Part shown: positions 1-8,650 of the stretch, in pieces
How positions within the stretch are numbered: position 1 is the first letter of the stretch
How the letters are laid out: each line of letters begins with the position of its first letter
From: a virus
Strand: one strand, 5' to 3'
IMG/VR virus record: IMGVR_UViG_3300049571_000380
Span: 64,001 to 128,000 of that record
DNA: 64,000 nt
Position numbers and translations under genes: made by a program
Notes under the pieces: model-generated
What the model was told of the DNA's origin: nothing
Seen by the model: the letters and a program-made list of their open reading frames with translations, nothing else
The model's database searches: none

Positions 1-1
1 G

Positions 2-289
2 AGCAAGACGACCGGTGACGTCCTCACCGAACTGCTGGAGGCGAAGCTGCCGCTTCCCTCCATGATCCGCATCGCGCAGTCCTACCGTCCGGACCAGGAC
101 CTGCACGAGTCGATCACCCACGAGCGCGAGTACCTGAAGCAGCTCCGACGGGAGACCGAGCGCGGCGCGCTCAGCGAGGGCCGCGAGCCGTCGGGCCTCG
201 GCCTGACCGAGTCCTCGACGTCCTTCTCCTCCACGGGCGACAGCGATCTCGCCGAGATCCGGAGCCTGCTGGGCGGAGGTGCCTACTGA
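2..289 (+). CDS. C-terminal part of capsid scaffold/maturation protease (5' truncated by the window)
   Basis: Frame is open from base 2 (SKTTGDVLTELLEAKLPLPSMIR...), helical and charged, directly upstream of decoration and capsid genes; TGATG overlap with next gene. Confidence 0.65.
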   Translation, partial: SKTTGDVLTELLEAKLPLPSMIRIAQSYRPDQDLHESITHEREYLKQLRRETERGALSEGREPSGLGLTESSTSFSSTGDSDLAEIRSLLGGGAY

Positions 290-777
290 TGGCCACGAAC
301 GAGATCTTCAAGTACGCGGACTGGATCTCCCTTCCGCTGCCGCTCCGGGGCAGTGACCCGGCGGTCAACGACGACCCCACGATCAACGGCGACCCGGTCA
401 AGATCGGTTCGATCGTCGGCTTCGCGCAGGAGGTCGGCGGCAAGCCGGTTTCCTACACGACCGGCATGACCACGGTCTCCGTCGCGCGCAACACCGCGAA
501 CTCGCTGGAGCCCGGCTGGGCCTCCATCGCCCTCACGGGCGCCTTCGCCTTCCCGGTCACCGGCTGGGACGCGGAGGAGATGGGTTCCGGTACGCCGGTC
601 GGCATCAACGTCGCCGCCGGTTCGACGCGCGCCACCCTCGTCGCGAACTCCGAGGCCGACGGGTGGTTCGGCGTCATCGTCGGCCAGACCACGGCCGGAG
701 TTCCGATCGTCCGAGTCGTCCAGCCCACGCCGGGCGACGCCAACGCAGTGGCCGACAAGCTGGCCACCGGTTCCTGA
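289..777 (+). CDS. Head decoration/capsid cement protein (DUF2190-like)
   Basis: MATNEIF...GDPVKIGSIVGFAQ pattern, beta-rich, between scaffold and capsid; ends ATGS. Confidence 0.65.
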   Translation: MATNEIFKYADWISLPLPLRGSDPAVNDDPTINGDPVKIGSIVGFAQEVGGKPVSYTTGMTTVSVARNTANSLEPGWASIALTGAFAFPVTGWDAEEMGSGTPVGINVAAGSTRATLVANSEADGWFGVIVGQTTAGVPIVRVVQPTPGDANAVADKLATGS

Positions 778-794
778 GAGGAGGAATCTGAGAC

Positions 795-2108
795 ATGAGC
801 GCGATCACCTTCCTCGACGGAATCAAGGCGACCACGAACCCCGAGTTCGAGCGCATCGCCGAGGCCCACAACAAGCGTCGGGTCGCCATCCGCGAGTCTG
901 CGGACTCCCGTCTGCTGAAGCTCAACAAGGCCGTCGAGTTCCTGCGCCTCAAGCGTGAGGCGGAGTTCGGCTCGCCGGTCGCGATGGGCCGTCTGCGCGA
1001 GGCCGTCTCCAGCGGTGACTTCCCGCTGCTGTTCCAGTCGATCTCGCAGGCCAGCATGCTCGGCCAGTACGCGGATCTGCCCCAGCAGTGGCCGACTTTC
1101 TCGGTGCGCACCACGGTTCCGGACTTCCGTCCGGCCCGCATGGTCCGCTGGGACACCGTGGCCGGTCAGTCGCAGACGACCGACTACAACGGCGGCGCCG
1201 AGCGCCACGTCCGGGCGCTGCCGCGCATCCCGGAACTGACGGAGTACCCGACCTTCAACCTCACCACCGAGGGGACGGACTACTTCGTCAACAAGTACGG
1301 CGCCCGTTTCCCCTTCTCGTGGGAAGCGTTCATGAACGACGAGCTGCGCGTTCTCCAGCAGCTCCCCACCGAGATGGCACGGTGGGCGCGCGACACCGAG
1401 GACGTGCTGACGACCGGTGTTCTGGCCACGGCGACGGGCCCGAACGCGGACTTCTTCAACACGACCGAGGACTTCGGCGGTCAGGCCCCGGCGGGCAACT
1501 ACGTGCCGGGCAACCCGCCGCTGACGCTCGACGCGCTGGAGCACGCGATCAACTACATCGGGATGCGGCAGGTCAACGGCCGCCAGGTCCGGGTGCAGAA
1601 CTTCGTGCTCCTCGTTCCGCCGTCCCTCGCGCTCACGGCGCAGGAGATCGCCCAGGGAACCACGTACCTCCGGGTGCGCCAGCTTCCCGACGGCACGGAG
1701 ATGCGCCAGAACGTCTCCTCGCCGGTCGCGGGCCGCTTCACGGTGGTGGAGTCCCCGTGGCTGCCGCTCATCGACACCTCGGCGAACGCCTCGACGACCT
1801 GGTACCTGGTTCCGGCCGGTGGCCAGACGGAGCGCGGCCCGGCCATCGTGACCGCGTTCCTGCGCGGGCACGAGACCCCCGAGGTCCGCGTGATGGGCGA
1901 CACGGGCCGTGCGCTCGGCGGCGGCGAGATCAACGCCTTCGAGGGCTCGTTCTCCCACGACGACATCCAGTACCGGGTCCGCTCGATCATCGGCGCTGCC
2001 GGTATCGACGCCTCGGCGGTGGCGGTCTCGCTGGGCACGGGCGAGGAGGCGGCGCTGTCCATGGCCTCCATCGGCGGCGGCTCGGTCTCGGGTCCCTCGG
2101 GTTCCTGA
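795..2108 (+). CDS. Major capsid protein (Mu gpT-like, HK97 fold)
   Basis: 437 aa, strong RBS GAGGAGG, motifs AVSSGDFPLLF, TVPDFRP, KYGARFPFSWEAFMNDE, FLRGHETPEVR; Gly/Ser tail GGGSVSGPSGS. Confidence 0.9.
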   Translation: MSAITFLDGIKATTNPEFERIAEAHNKRRVAIRESADSRLLKLNKAVEFLRLKREAEFGSPVAMGRLREAVSSGDFPLLFQSISQASMLGQYADLPQQWPTFSVRTTVPDFRPARMVRWDTVAGQSQTTDYNGGAERHVRALPRIPELTEYPTFNLTTEGTDYFVNKYGARFPFSWEAFMNDELRVLQQLPTEMARWARDTEDVLTTGVLATATGPNADFFNTTEDFGGQAPAGNYVPGNPPLTLDALEHAINYIGMRQVNGRQVRVQNFVLLVPPSLALTAQEIAQGTTYLRVRQLPDGTEMRQNVSSPVAGRFTVVESPWLPLIDTSANASTTWYLVPAGGQTERGPAIVTAFLRGHETPEVRVMGDTGRALGGGEINAFEGSFSHDDIQYRVRSIIGAAGIDASAVAVSLGTGEEAALSMASIGGGSVSGPSGS

Positions 2109-2119
2109 ACCGGTGAAGC

Positions 2120-2480
2120 CGGGCGGCGGGTGACCCGGGATTGATCCCGACCGCCCCTGCCCGGTCTCCGTTCCTGCCGGGCAGCAAGAGGGTCCCCCAT
2201 GTGCGACTGGGGGGCCCTCTTCGCGTGCAATTGCACGATGAGAGCCAGTAGGAACTGGCGTAAAGCCCCCCACCTCGGGTATCTTATGGGTGTGGCGAGG
2301 ACTCACCCTCCCCGCCCAAGAAGGAACCGTCCTTGTGCGAGTCCCCAGGACTCCGTCACGGCCACGTTTCTTCTCCTTTCCGAAGAGCCCCCGCCGCAAG
2401 GTGGGGGCTTCCGGATTTTCTGGGCAGTTTTCCAGGTGTTCGCCCTCAATGCCGTACGCTCCTCCTGAGAGACAAGGAGC
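2120..2480 (+). ncRNA. Candidate structured non-coding RNA or UTR between capsid and Ig-like gene
   Basis: About 375 nt without a credible ORF; several stems: GGGCGG/CCGCCC 2121-2156, CTGCCCGG/CCGGGCAG, GGACTC/GAGTCC, GCAA-tetraloop hairpin 2386-2409. Confidence 0.3.
2186..2221 (+). terminator. Terminator-like hairpin after major capsid gene
   Basis: AAGAGGGTCCCCC...GGGGGGCCCTCTT inverted repeat with one G-U pair. Confidence 0.6.
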
Positions 2481-2484
2481 GACC

Positions 2485-3300
2485 GTGGCAACACCCGACG
2501 AGACGCGGGATCTCAGGATCGCAGCTCTCCGGGAAGCGGCGGGCACCTTCGCCACCACCCTGCCGGAGCCGGGTGAGTACACCGACTCGGCTACAGCGGT
2601 GATGCTGGAGAGGGCGAACCGCTTCTACGGCTGGCTCGTTGGCGTAACCCGGCTCATCCTCAGAGTCGGCCCAGCGGTCGGCGAAGACTCCGACGTGACC
2701 TGGCCGAAGCACACCGCCGAAGAGGGAGAAACCGTGCAGATCAACACTGGCGAGAAGTTCAGCGTTGCGATCGACACCCGGGACGCGGCGGGCTACCCGA
2801 CCGACGCCACCGTGGAGTGGTCCATCGCCGACGAGACCGTGGCGACCGTCGTCCTCGACGCAGGCGACGACCAGAAGGGCTGGGTCATCTCCGGCGCCCC
2901 GGGCAGCACCGTACTGACGGTACGCGTCACCGACGTCGAGCCCGCCCTGGAGGCGACCCTGGCCGTGGACGTGGTTCCCGCCGGGACCGCGACCGTCCAG
3001 ATCAACGCCGGTCCGGCCGTGCCGGAGCAGGACCCGCAGCCCGATCCGCTGGCGCTCACCGTCACCGAGGACACCTCCGACACCTCGCGCATGACGGTCA
3101 CCGTCACCGTCGACAACAAGGGCGAGGGCTCGGTCTCCGTGGATCCGGGCGACGGCAGCGGCGTCCTGGCCAACCCGGGCGACGGCACGCCGGTCACCCA
3201 CGCCTACGCGGCGCCGGGCGACTACACCCTCGTGGTCACCGACGACGACAACGCCACCCGTGGTGGCAGCCAGGTCGTGACGGTTCCGTTCACCGCCTGA
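2485..3300 (+). CDS. Ig-like/PKD-domain virion surface protein
   Basis: GTG start after AAGGAG; Big_2-like (VEWSIADETVATV...GAPGSTVLTV) and PKD-like (VDPGDGS...THAYAAPGDYTLVVT) repeats; the track start at 2290 is an upstream extension. Confidence 0.7.
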   Translation: MATPDETRDLRIAALREAAGTFATTLPEPGEYTDSATAVMLERANRFYGWLVGVTRLILRVGPAVGEDSDVTWPKHTAEEGETVQINTGEKFSVAIDTRDAAGYPTDATVEWSIADETVATVVLDAGDDQKGWVISGAPGSTVLTVRVTDVEPALEATLAVDVVPAGTATVQINAGPAVPEQDPQPDPLALTVTEDTSDTSRMTVTVTVDNKGEGSVSVDPGDGSGVLANPGDGTPVTHAYAAPGDYTLVVTDDDNATRGGSQVVTVPFTA

Positions 3301-3311
3301 CCCGGAAGACA

Positions 3312-3348
3312 CCGAAGGCCCGGTTCCCCCGAGGGGCCGGGCCTTCGG
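3312..3348. terminator. Bidirectional terminator hairpin between convergent units
   Basis: CCGAAGGCCCGG-TTCCCC...GGGG-CCGGGCCTTCGG between stops at 3300 (+) and 3354 (-). Confidence 0.8.
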
Positions 3349-3353
3349 CCTGC

Positions 3354-3782
3354 TCACGCGCAGATGCAGGAGGATCCCAGATCCTGCGCCGGGAAGCGGC
3401 ACCGTCCGGGTACGTGCGGCTCGTGCTTGCACAGGGGGCACATGTCGGGGATCAGCGCCTTGGCCCCGGTGACAACACGCCGTTCGGCCAGGCCCTGGTC
3501 GGGATCGAACTCCGGCTCGGGCGATCCGGCCAGGTTCTCCATGCCCTCGATGTGGTCACCGCGCTCCAGGCGGGCCTGGGTCAGATACGTGAAGAGGTCC
3601 AGCGCCTCTTCCCAGGCGTCCTTCAGGGCGTCGCGCCCGTTGTCGGTCTCCAGGACCCGGCCGTACTTCTTCTTGCCGTAGGCCCGGCGCTCCTGAATCG
3701 CCAGAATCATGATCTCCTGCACCGGCAGCTTGCCCGGCTTGGGGGCGGGCTGATCCCTCTCGGGATCTCTCACGTCACCCAC
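3354..3782 (-). CDS. Putative all-alpha NTP pyrophosphohydrolase (MazG-like) with C-terminal Cys/His motif
   Basis: ERRAYGKKKYGRVLETDNGRDALKDAWEEALDLFTYL has the KYG...EExxD pattern; GTG start after GAGGAGG. Confidence 0.5.
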   Translation of the reverse strand: MGDVRDPERDQPAPKPGKLPVQEIMILAIQERRAYGKKKYGRVLETDNGRDALKDAWEEALDLFTYLTQARLERGDHIEGMENLAGSPEPEFDPDQGLAERRVVTGAKALIPDMCPLCKHEPHVPGRCRFPAQDLGSSCICA

Positions 3783-4077
3783 GAAGTTCCTCCTCGAACG
3801 ACACCTGCACATTGAAGTTGCGGTGGCCCAGCAGCAGGGCCAGCAGATCGGTGATGCCGTCCTTGGCCTCCGTCCTGCTGTGACCTTCTGCGGTTGCCGC
3901 ACCGAAGTGCGGCGGGTTGTCCACGGAGACGACCCACTTCTTGCCTTGCTCGTTCCAGCGCCCTTGCGCCGTAAAGCTCTCCACGTCTTCCTTTCTCAGG
4001 GACGGCTCCAGCCGCCCCACCTCTCTGAAAGCTCTTTCGCCGTACGCCACCGCAGGCAGCGCATCAGCCTCCTCCAT
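3775..4077 (-). CDS. Hypothetical protein, C-terminal HicB-like segment
   Basis: ATAEGHSRTEAKDGITDLLALLL resembles the HicB T-x-G-x-T-x-x-E-A motif; start uncertain. Confidence 0.4.
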   Translation of the reverse strand: MEEADALPAVAYGERAFREVGRLEPSLRKEDVESFTAQGRWNEQGKKWVVSVDNPPHFGAATAEGHSRTEAKDGITDLLALLLGHRNFNVQVSFEEELRG

Positions 4078-4113
4078 GCGGAACGCGGTCCGCGAGTCCG
4101 GGGTGCGGCATGC

Positions 4114-4287
4114 TCACCCATCAGCCGCCGCCCTGTCGCGCCCCTGCCGGTTCACGTCACGCCGGGCCAGCTCCCTTTTGCTCTCCGGCCAGCGGAACAC
4201 CGCCCACCACAACTCGGTCAGCCGGTCCAGCGCCGGTTCACGTCCGGGCGGGGTTCGGCGGGAGACCCAGACGGGCACGAAGCTCAC
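4114..4287 (-). CDS. Small hypothetical protein (57 aa)
   Basis: GTG start after GGAGGAGG; overlaps upstream gene. Confidence 0.4.
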   Translation of the reverse strand: MSFVPVWVSRRTPPGREPALDRLTELWWAVFRWPESKRELARRDVNRQGRDRAAADG

Positions 4288-4870
4288 GATTCTCCTCCTC
4301 CAGGTACTGCATCCGCAGCTCCTCATCGGCCGCCGACCCTTCGCGCACGTACGCGTAGTGCTCGCCGAAGTGGCCGCCGTCCGGACCTACCGGCTCAGCG
4401 CACTCGAACGTGCGGCCCGCCTCCGTCCAGGTGTGGCCGCAAAGGACGCGACGGCACCGATTGTCCACCAGCTCCTCGCCCGACGTCAGGAACAGTTCCA
4501 GCTTGTCGGCCACGTGACCTCTGACGATGTCGCCCTCGGCGTCCTTGCGGAGGGTCTGGACGTAGATGCTGAGCAGCCGCCGGGCCGTCTGCCACTGCTG
4601 GCTCCGGTGCGACACCAGAACGGCGTGCTGACGGAGGTCTTCCAGGTTCTCCTCGTGCATGTACGCCTCGCAGGCGAGACCCTTGTCGGCGCACTTCAGC
4701 AGCTCTTCCAGCCGGGTCATCCGAGCCTGCGGATTCAGCTCCAGAAGCCGGTGCCACCACTGGCCGGGCGTGAGGTGCACTCCCTCGGCGGGCTCGCTGC
4801 GATCCTCTCCGGAGCGCAGTTGCTCGATCTGCTTCGTCAGATCCTGCACGGTGTTCAGGTCTTCCAGCAT
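4238..4870 (-). CDS. Hypothetical protein with Cys/His motif
   Basis: TGATG coupling at 4870, high GC3, CGHTW...FECAEP...HFGEH. Confidence 0.65.
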   Translation of the reverse strand: MLEDLNTVQDLTKQIEQLRSGEDRSEPAEGVHLTPGQWWHRLLELNPQARMTRLEELLKCADKGLACEAYMHEENLEDLRQHAVLVSHRSQQWQTARRLLSIYVQTLRKDAEGDIVRGHVADKLELFLTSGEELVDNRCRRVLCGHTWTEAGRTFECAEPVGPDGGHFGEHYAYVREGSAADEELRMQYLEEENRELRARLGLPPNPART

Positions 4871-5277
4871 CACGCCTCTTCTCCGTATTCGGGATCGCGC
4901 AGACGCGAGATGATCTGCTGCCATTCCCGATCGATCTCCATGCGCTCTTCGCGCGTGATCGGCCTGGGTCGCCGATACCTGTACCGGGTACAGACTGCTT
5001 CGTCGTGCAGGTAGCCGGTCTCGTCGAACTGGAGGCAGCAGGGATTCAGGGGATCCTGCTCAATCCCCTTCTTTGCCCGAGCCCACCACTCGATCTCGGC
5101 CTCGCGACGATCCGCCTTGCCCTTCTGCCGCCAGCCGCTCCAGAGCAGGAAGGTCGCGAGGTACAGCGTGATGATGGAGAGGGGCCACAGGCCAGCCACC
5201 ATGAACAGAACGCCCACGACGACGCAGCCGAGCGACGCGGAGAAATCCCGGAGCGCGTTCTTCTGGTGACTGGCCAT
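4870..5277 (-). CDS. Membrane protein (2 TM)
   Basis: Hydrophobic LGCVVVGVLFMVAGLWPLSIITLYLATFLLW; RBS AAGGAAG. Confidence 0.65.
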   Translation of the reverse strand: MASHQKNALRDFSASLGCVVVGVLFMVAGLWPLSIITLYLATFLLWSGWRQKGKADRREAEIEWWARAKKGIEQDPLNPCCLQFDETGYLHDEAVCTRYRYRRPRPITREERMEIDREWQQIISRLRDPEYGEEA

Positions 5278-5289
5278 GGCTCACTTCCT

Positions 5290-5670
5290 TCAGCTCGGCG
5301 GGAGTGCCTTCGGTGCGCCGGGGCAGGTGACGGCCGTGCCGTCCATGGAGATGCGCTCGGTGAGCGGCACGTCGATGGGGCTTCGGCCGCAGCAGGGCAT
5401 CAGCCCGGATCCGTCGGGCGGGCAGGCGTGGACGATCGTGTCCTCCTCGCCTATCACGAGCACGCTCAGCCGCTCGAACTCCGTCGACAGGACCGCGAGG
5501 GCGCGGCCCACCGATTCCATCGCGGCACGTATGTCCGTGAGGTCGACCGCCAGCTTCTCCAGGCGGGCGGCGGTGTCCTCCTCGGGCTGCTCGTCCTTCT
5601 CCTCGGGCTCGGTCTCCGGCAGGGGCACGCTGATCGTGTCCTCGTCGCCGACCGTCTTGTCCTCGCTCAC
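5290..5670 (-). CDS. Hypothetical protein with HACPPDGSGLMPCCGR motif
   Basis: GTG start after GAGGAAG; operon packing. Confidence 0.65.
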   Translation of the reverse strand: MSEDKTVGDEDTISVPLPETEPEEKDEQPEEDTAARLEKLAVDLTDIRAAMESVGRALAVLSTEFERLSVLVIGEEDTIVHACPPDGSGLMPCCGRSPIDVPLTERISMDGTAVTCPGAPKALPPS

Positions 5671-5918
5671 AATTCTTCCTCCTCGCCACGGCGCCGCAGC
5701 TCGTTCACGTGGCTGCCGTCGTACCTGACCTTGTCCAGACCGGCCACTCCGAGCGAAGTGACCATTTGGTCCACCTCGTGCAGCGCCGCTGCCGCGAGCT
5801 GCGGGTTCTCGAACTGGCCGGTCTTCTGCACGCGCTCGTACTCGTCGATCAGCAGGGCGCTGGCCACACGGAGCTGGCGCAGGCTGATCTCCAGCGCACG
5901 GGCACGCTCGTCACTCAT
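5667..5918 (-). CDS. Hypothetical protein
   Basis: Overlapping start/stop with neighbours, RBS GAGGAAG. Confidence 0.6.
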   Translation of the reverse strand: MSDERARALEISLRQLRVASALLIDEYERVQKTGQFENPQLAAAALHEVDQMVTSLGVAGLDKVRYDGSHVNELRRRGEEEEL

Positions 5919-6255
5919 CGTCTTCCTCTCCGGATTCCGGGATCCGGTAGCCCTTGCGGCCGAGCTGGAAGGCGAGACGACCTACCGCTTCACTGTCTGC
6001 GGGCTCGCCTTCGGCCCACTCGGCGACGATCTTCAGAACCTCTCGGGCCGCCTTGTCGGTGGGCAGGAACCGCACCCAGTCGATCTTCTGGCCGTTGTGG
6101 TCCTTCAGGGACTCCAGCGAGACCCCGTCGTAGAACCGGCCCTGCATGTTGGCCACGGGTACGAACCACGGGCCGTTGCCCGGGTCGTAGAAGGCCATCG
6201 TGCGGCCGTCGTCGGAGAGCCGGAATTCCCACCCGGTGCGAGACGGGATGATCAT
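5911..6255 (-). CDS. Hypothetical protein
   Basis: ATGA coupling with upstream gene; phage-like composition. Confidence 0.6.
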   Translation of the reverse strand: MIIPSRTGWEFRLSDDGRTMAFYDPGNGPWFVPVANMQGRFYDGVSLESLKDHNGQKIDWVRFLPTDKAAREVLKIVAEWAEGEPADSEAVGRLAFQLGRKGYRIPESGEEDDE

Positions 6256-6947
6256 CCGTTCAGCCCCCAGTCCGCGCGCCTTACCCGGATGAGCCAGCGC
6301 TTTACGGCCTCCCTGTTGGGCCGCTCCGCCAGCGGACTGTGGGCCCGGTCGAACCGGATCTCGGCCATACGCATGTACTTCTCACCCCGCGCCGGATCCT
6401 GCGCGATGGCCTGCCCCAGCTCGAAGACGCGCTCCGGGGTGATCTCGCTGGCACTGCTGCGCAGGTCGACGACCAGTTCGCCGTTGGTGTACAGGCGGTA
6501 GCCCTGCTCAACCAGACGCACCAGGTGCCTGGCGTGCTTTTCCGTGCGCTTGCGGGTGTCGGCGGAAAACGATCCGTCGCCCCGGTCCTTCAGCCGGGTG
6601 AACTGGCTGGTCGCGTATCCCAGGTAGGCGTCGCGGACCCGGGCCTTTGAGAGGAAGTCGACTCGCAGGTTCAGCAGCTCGGCCCCCAGGTCCGAGACCT
6701 CCTCATACCGGTCCAGCCACAGCAGCTCGGAGACCGAGGGGTTGCCGTTCAGGCAGAGCACAGCGAACTTCTTCGCCTCGTGGAAGGTGGTGTCGGGATC
6801 CTTGGTGACCACCGATTCCTTCACGTCGTTCAGCCCGAGAACTCCACTCGTCGGCGCCGCGAAAACCCCCATGTAGTCCACGTCGGAACCGTCGTGGTTC
6901 AGCCCATAGGCCGTGGAGCCCACGACGCCCTTCAGGAGCACATTCAC
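6252..6947 (-). CDS. Pol-beta superfamily nucleotidyltransferase (RlaP/YcgL-like, PF10127-type)
   Basis: GVVGSTAYGLNHDGSDVDYMG (GS...DxD), HEAKKF...LNGNPSVSELLW, YLGYA, KHARHLVRL. Confidence 0.85.
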   Translation of the reverse strand: MNVLLKGVVGSTAYGLNHDGSDVDYMGVFAAPTSGVLGLNDVKESVVTKDPDTTFHEAKKFAVLCLNGNPSVSELLWLDRYEEVSDLGAELLNLRVDFLSKARVRDAYLGYATSQFTRLKDRGDGSFSADTRKRTEKHARHLVRLVEQGYRLYTNGELVVDLRSSASEITPERVFELGQAIAQDPARGEKYMRMAEIRFDRAHSPLAERPNREAVKRWLIRVRRADWGLNG

Positions 6948-7008
6948 TTCCTTCTCCCTTCCGGTTTCTCTCAGTAGGTGCAGCCACACTGGGTGCCGTA
7001 CGCGTCGA

Positions 7009-7722
7009 TCACTCCATGGCTTCCTTGTGGAGGCTGTAGGCGACGGGCTTACCGACGCCATACCTCTCCTTGATCTGCTCGATCGAGAGGTTGCCATCGC
7101 GGATCTCCTGCACTCGCGCAGCGCGCGACCTTGGGGCGGGCTCGATAAAGCCGGAACCGTCAGGGGGAGCCGGGAAGCCCATCTGCTCCAGGGTCCAGCC
7201 CAGGTCGCCCGTGTCGTACCCGGCTCCGTTGTTCACGTCGGTGATCCACTTCCAGACCGCCTTCACCAGGTCGTCGCGCTCGGTCTCGGCCTTCATCCGC
7301 GCCTGGTGCGGAGTCAGCTTCCCGGGCTCGTCGCGCTGGACAGTGACGATGTAGCGCTCGCGCGGCTCCTCAGCCAGCTTGACGCCCATCTCCACTTTCG
7401 AGCCGACCTTCGGCAGGAGGTCCATGGCGGTCTCCGAGTAGTTCGGCCCGTCCTGGACCAGCCCACGGCAGACGCCCACCCAGATCGCCACGAAGTCCCG
7501 TGCAGGCTCCAGGTCCATCGACGCGCCGTTGCGGAAATCGGCGGCCTTGATCTTTATCTGGGCGACCTGCTCGGCCAGCCACTGCTCCGTCGCCGCGTCC
7601 TGGAGGAGATCCGAGACGACCTTCTCCGCCTGGTCCAGGTTCAGGTGCCGGGCGCTCTTCGGGGACGCCTGCTTCAGCAGCCCCATGAACTCCTCGGCAA
7701 GATACTCCATCGCCTCGCTCAC
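7009..7722 (-). CDS. Hypothetical protein with possible C-terminal HTH
   Basis: GTG start at 7722 (ATG 7815 is an alternative); C-terminus LSIEQIKERYGVGKPVAYSL is HTH-like. Confidence 0.55.
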   Translation of the reverse strand: MSEAMEYLAEEFMGLLKQASPKSARHLNLDQAEKVVSDLLQDAATEQWLAEQVAQIKIKAADFRNGASMDLEPARDFVAIWVGVCRGLVQDGPNYSETAMDLLPKVGSKVEMGVKLAEEPRERYIVTVQRDEPGKLTPHQARMKAETERDDLVKAVWKWITDVNNGAGYDTGDLGWTLEQMGFPAPPDGSGFIEPAPRSRAARVQEIRDGNLSIEQIKERYGVGKPVAYSLHKEAME

Positions 7723-7814
7723 TCCGCCACCTTCTCCAGTCTGATCATCGAATCGATTCCGACCCTCACGCGGAAATCGTGCGCGCAGGGGCCGAATCTC
7801 CTCCGCCACACCCA

Positions 7815-8162
7815 TCAGCTGTCCAGGTCCGCGATGATCCGGAATCCGATCGCGTTGACCGGCGGGATCTCGGCCTGCCGCAGGAAGCGCTGAATCTGAC
7901 CGCGCCACACCGCCATCTGCTCCTCGGTGAAGTCGGCCACGTCGACCGGCTTGGGCTCCAGGGGCTCTGCGCTCTCGCAGTACGTGGTAATGAACAGCTC
8001 CTGGTTGCCGTAGCTGCCTGCCTCCAGGTAGCCGAGGTCGGCGCCGGTCTCCGCGTTGTACTCGCGCAGCGCGCCCTTTTCCTCCAGGAGTTCCTTGAAG
8101 TGGCTTCCGACCTTCACGCAGAAGGCCAGGTAACCCCTCGCGTACTGCCTCACGAAATCCAC
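7815..8162 (-). CDS. Hypothetical protein
   Basis: RBS AAGAGGAG, high GC3. Confidence 0.6.
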   Translation of the reverse strand: MDFVRQYARGYLAFCVKVGSHFKELLEEKGALREYNAETGADLGYLEAGSYGNQELFITTYCESAEPLEPKPVDVADFTEEQMAVWRGQIQRFLRQAEIPPVNAIGFRIIADLDS

Positions 8163-8650
8163 TCCTCTTGACGGGGTGCGATGTTCAGGACTTGGGCGCT
8201 CATGCAGGGCCAGGAGACACGTCGGCCCATGCGGTACATCTCGTCAGACCCGGTGTCCTGGTTGCGAACCTTGACCCACTTCCAGTCGACACACCGGGCG
8301 CAGACCATCCGGCTCACGTTGGTCCGGTTCGCCCCGTACTCGTCGACCGGCCGGTGGCCGAAGTCGTCGTCGGAGACGAGCTGGACCGCGATCTCCTGGA
8401 ATCGCGGGTAGCAGACGGCGCAGGGCTCCAGGTCGCGGATCGCCGCCTGGTCGATCGAAATCGCCTCGGCGGCCGGAGGCTTCTCCCCGGCGCAGCCGCA
8501 GTACGGGTCGCCGCACCGGCACGCGAAGATCATGTGGCCAGCCCCACGGGCCGGGCACTCCGGATCCTCATGGAAGCGCCGGGCCCTGCGGGACACGTAG
8601 ACCGTGTTCGATCCCTCCGTGAGGGACATCAGCGCGACGGCGAGCTTCAT
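8150..8650 (-). CDS. Cys-rich (zinc-binding) hypothetical protein
   Basis: HEDPEC, CRCGDPYCGC, PCAVC, VCARC, WPC motifs. Confidence 0.6.
   Translation of the reverse strand: MKLAVALMSLTEGSNTVYVSRRARRFHEDPECPARGAGHMIFACRCGDPYCGCAGEKPPAAEAISIDQAAIRDLEPCAVCYPRFQEIAVQLVSDDDFGHRPVDEYGANRTNVSRMVCARCVDWKWVKVRNQDTGSDEMYRMGRRVSWPCMSAQVLNIAPRQEEWIS

Noticed and set aside
2110-2480. tRNA gene in the folded intergenic region
   Set aside because: No cloverleaf with TTCRA T-loop or acceptor stem could be built
7720-7817. In-frame continuation after the TGA of ORF 7815-8162 (WVWRRRFGPCAHDF...), suggesting readthrough or a 30-aa gene
   Set aside because: No RBS or recoding signal recognisable; cannot be separated from an alternative start of the next gene
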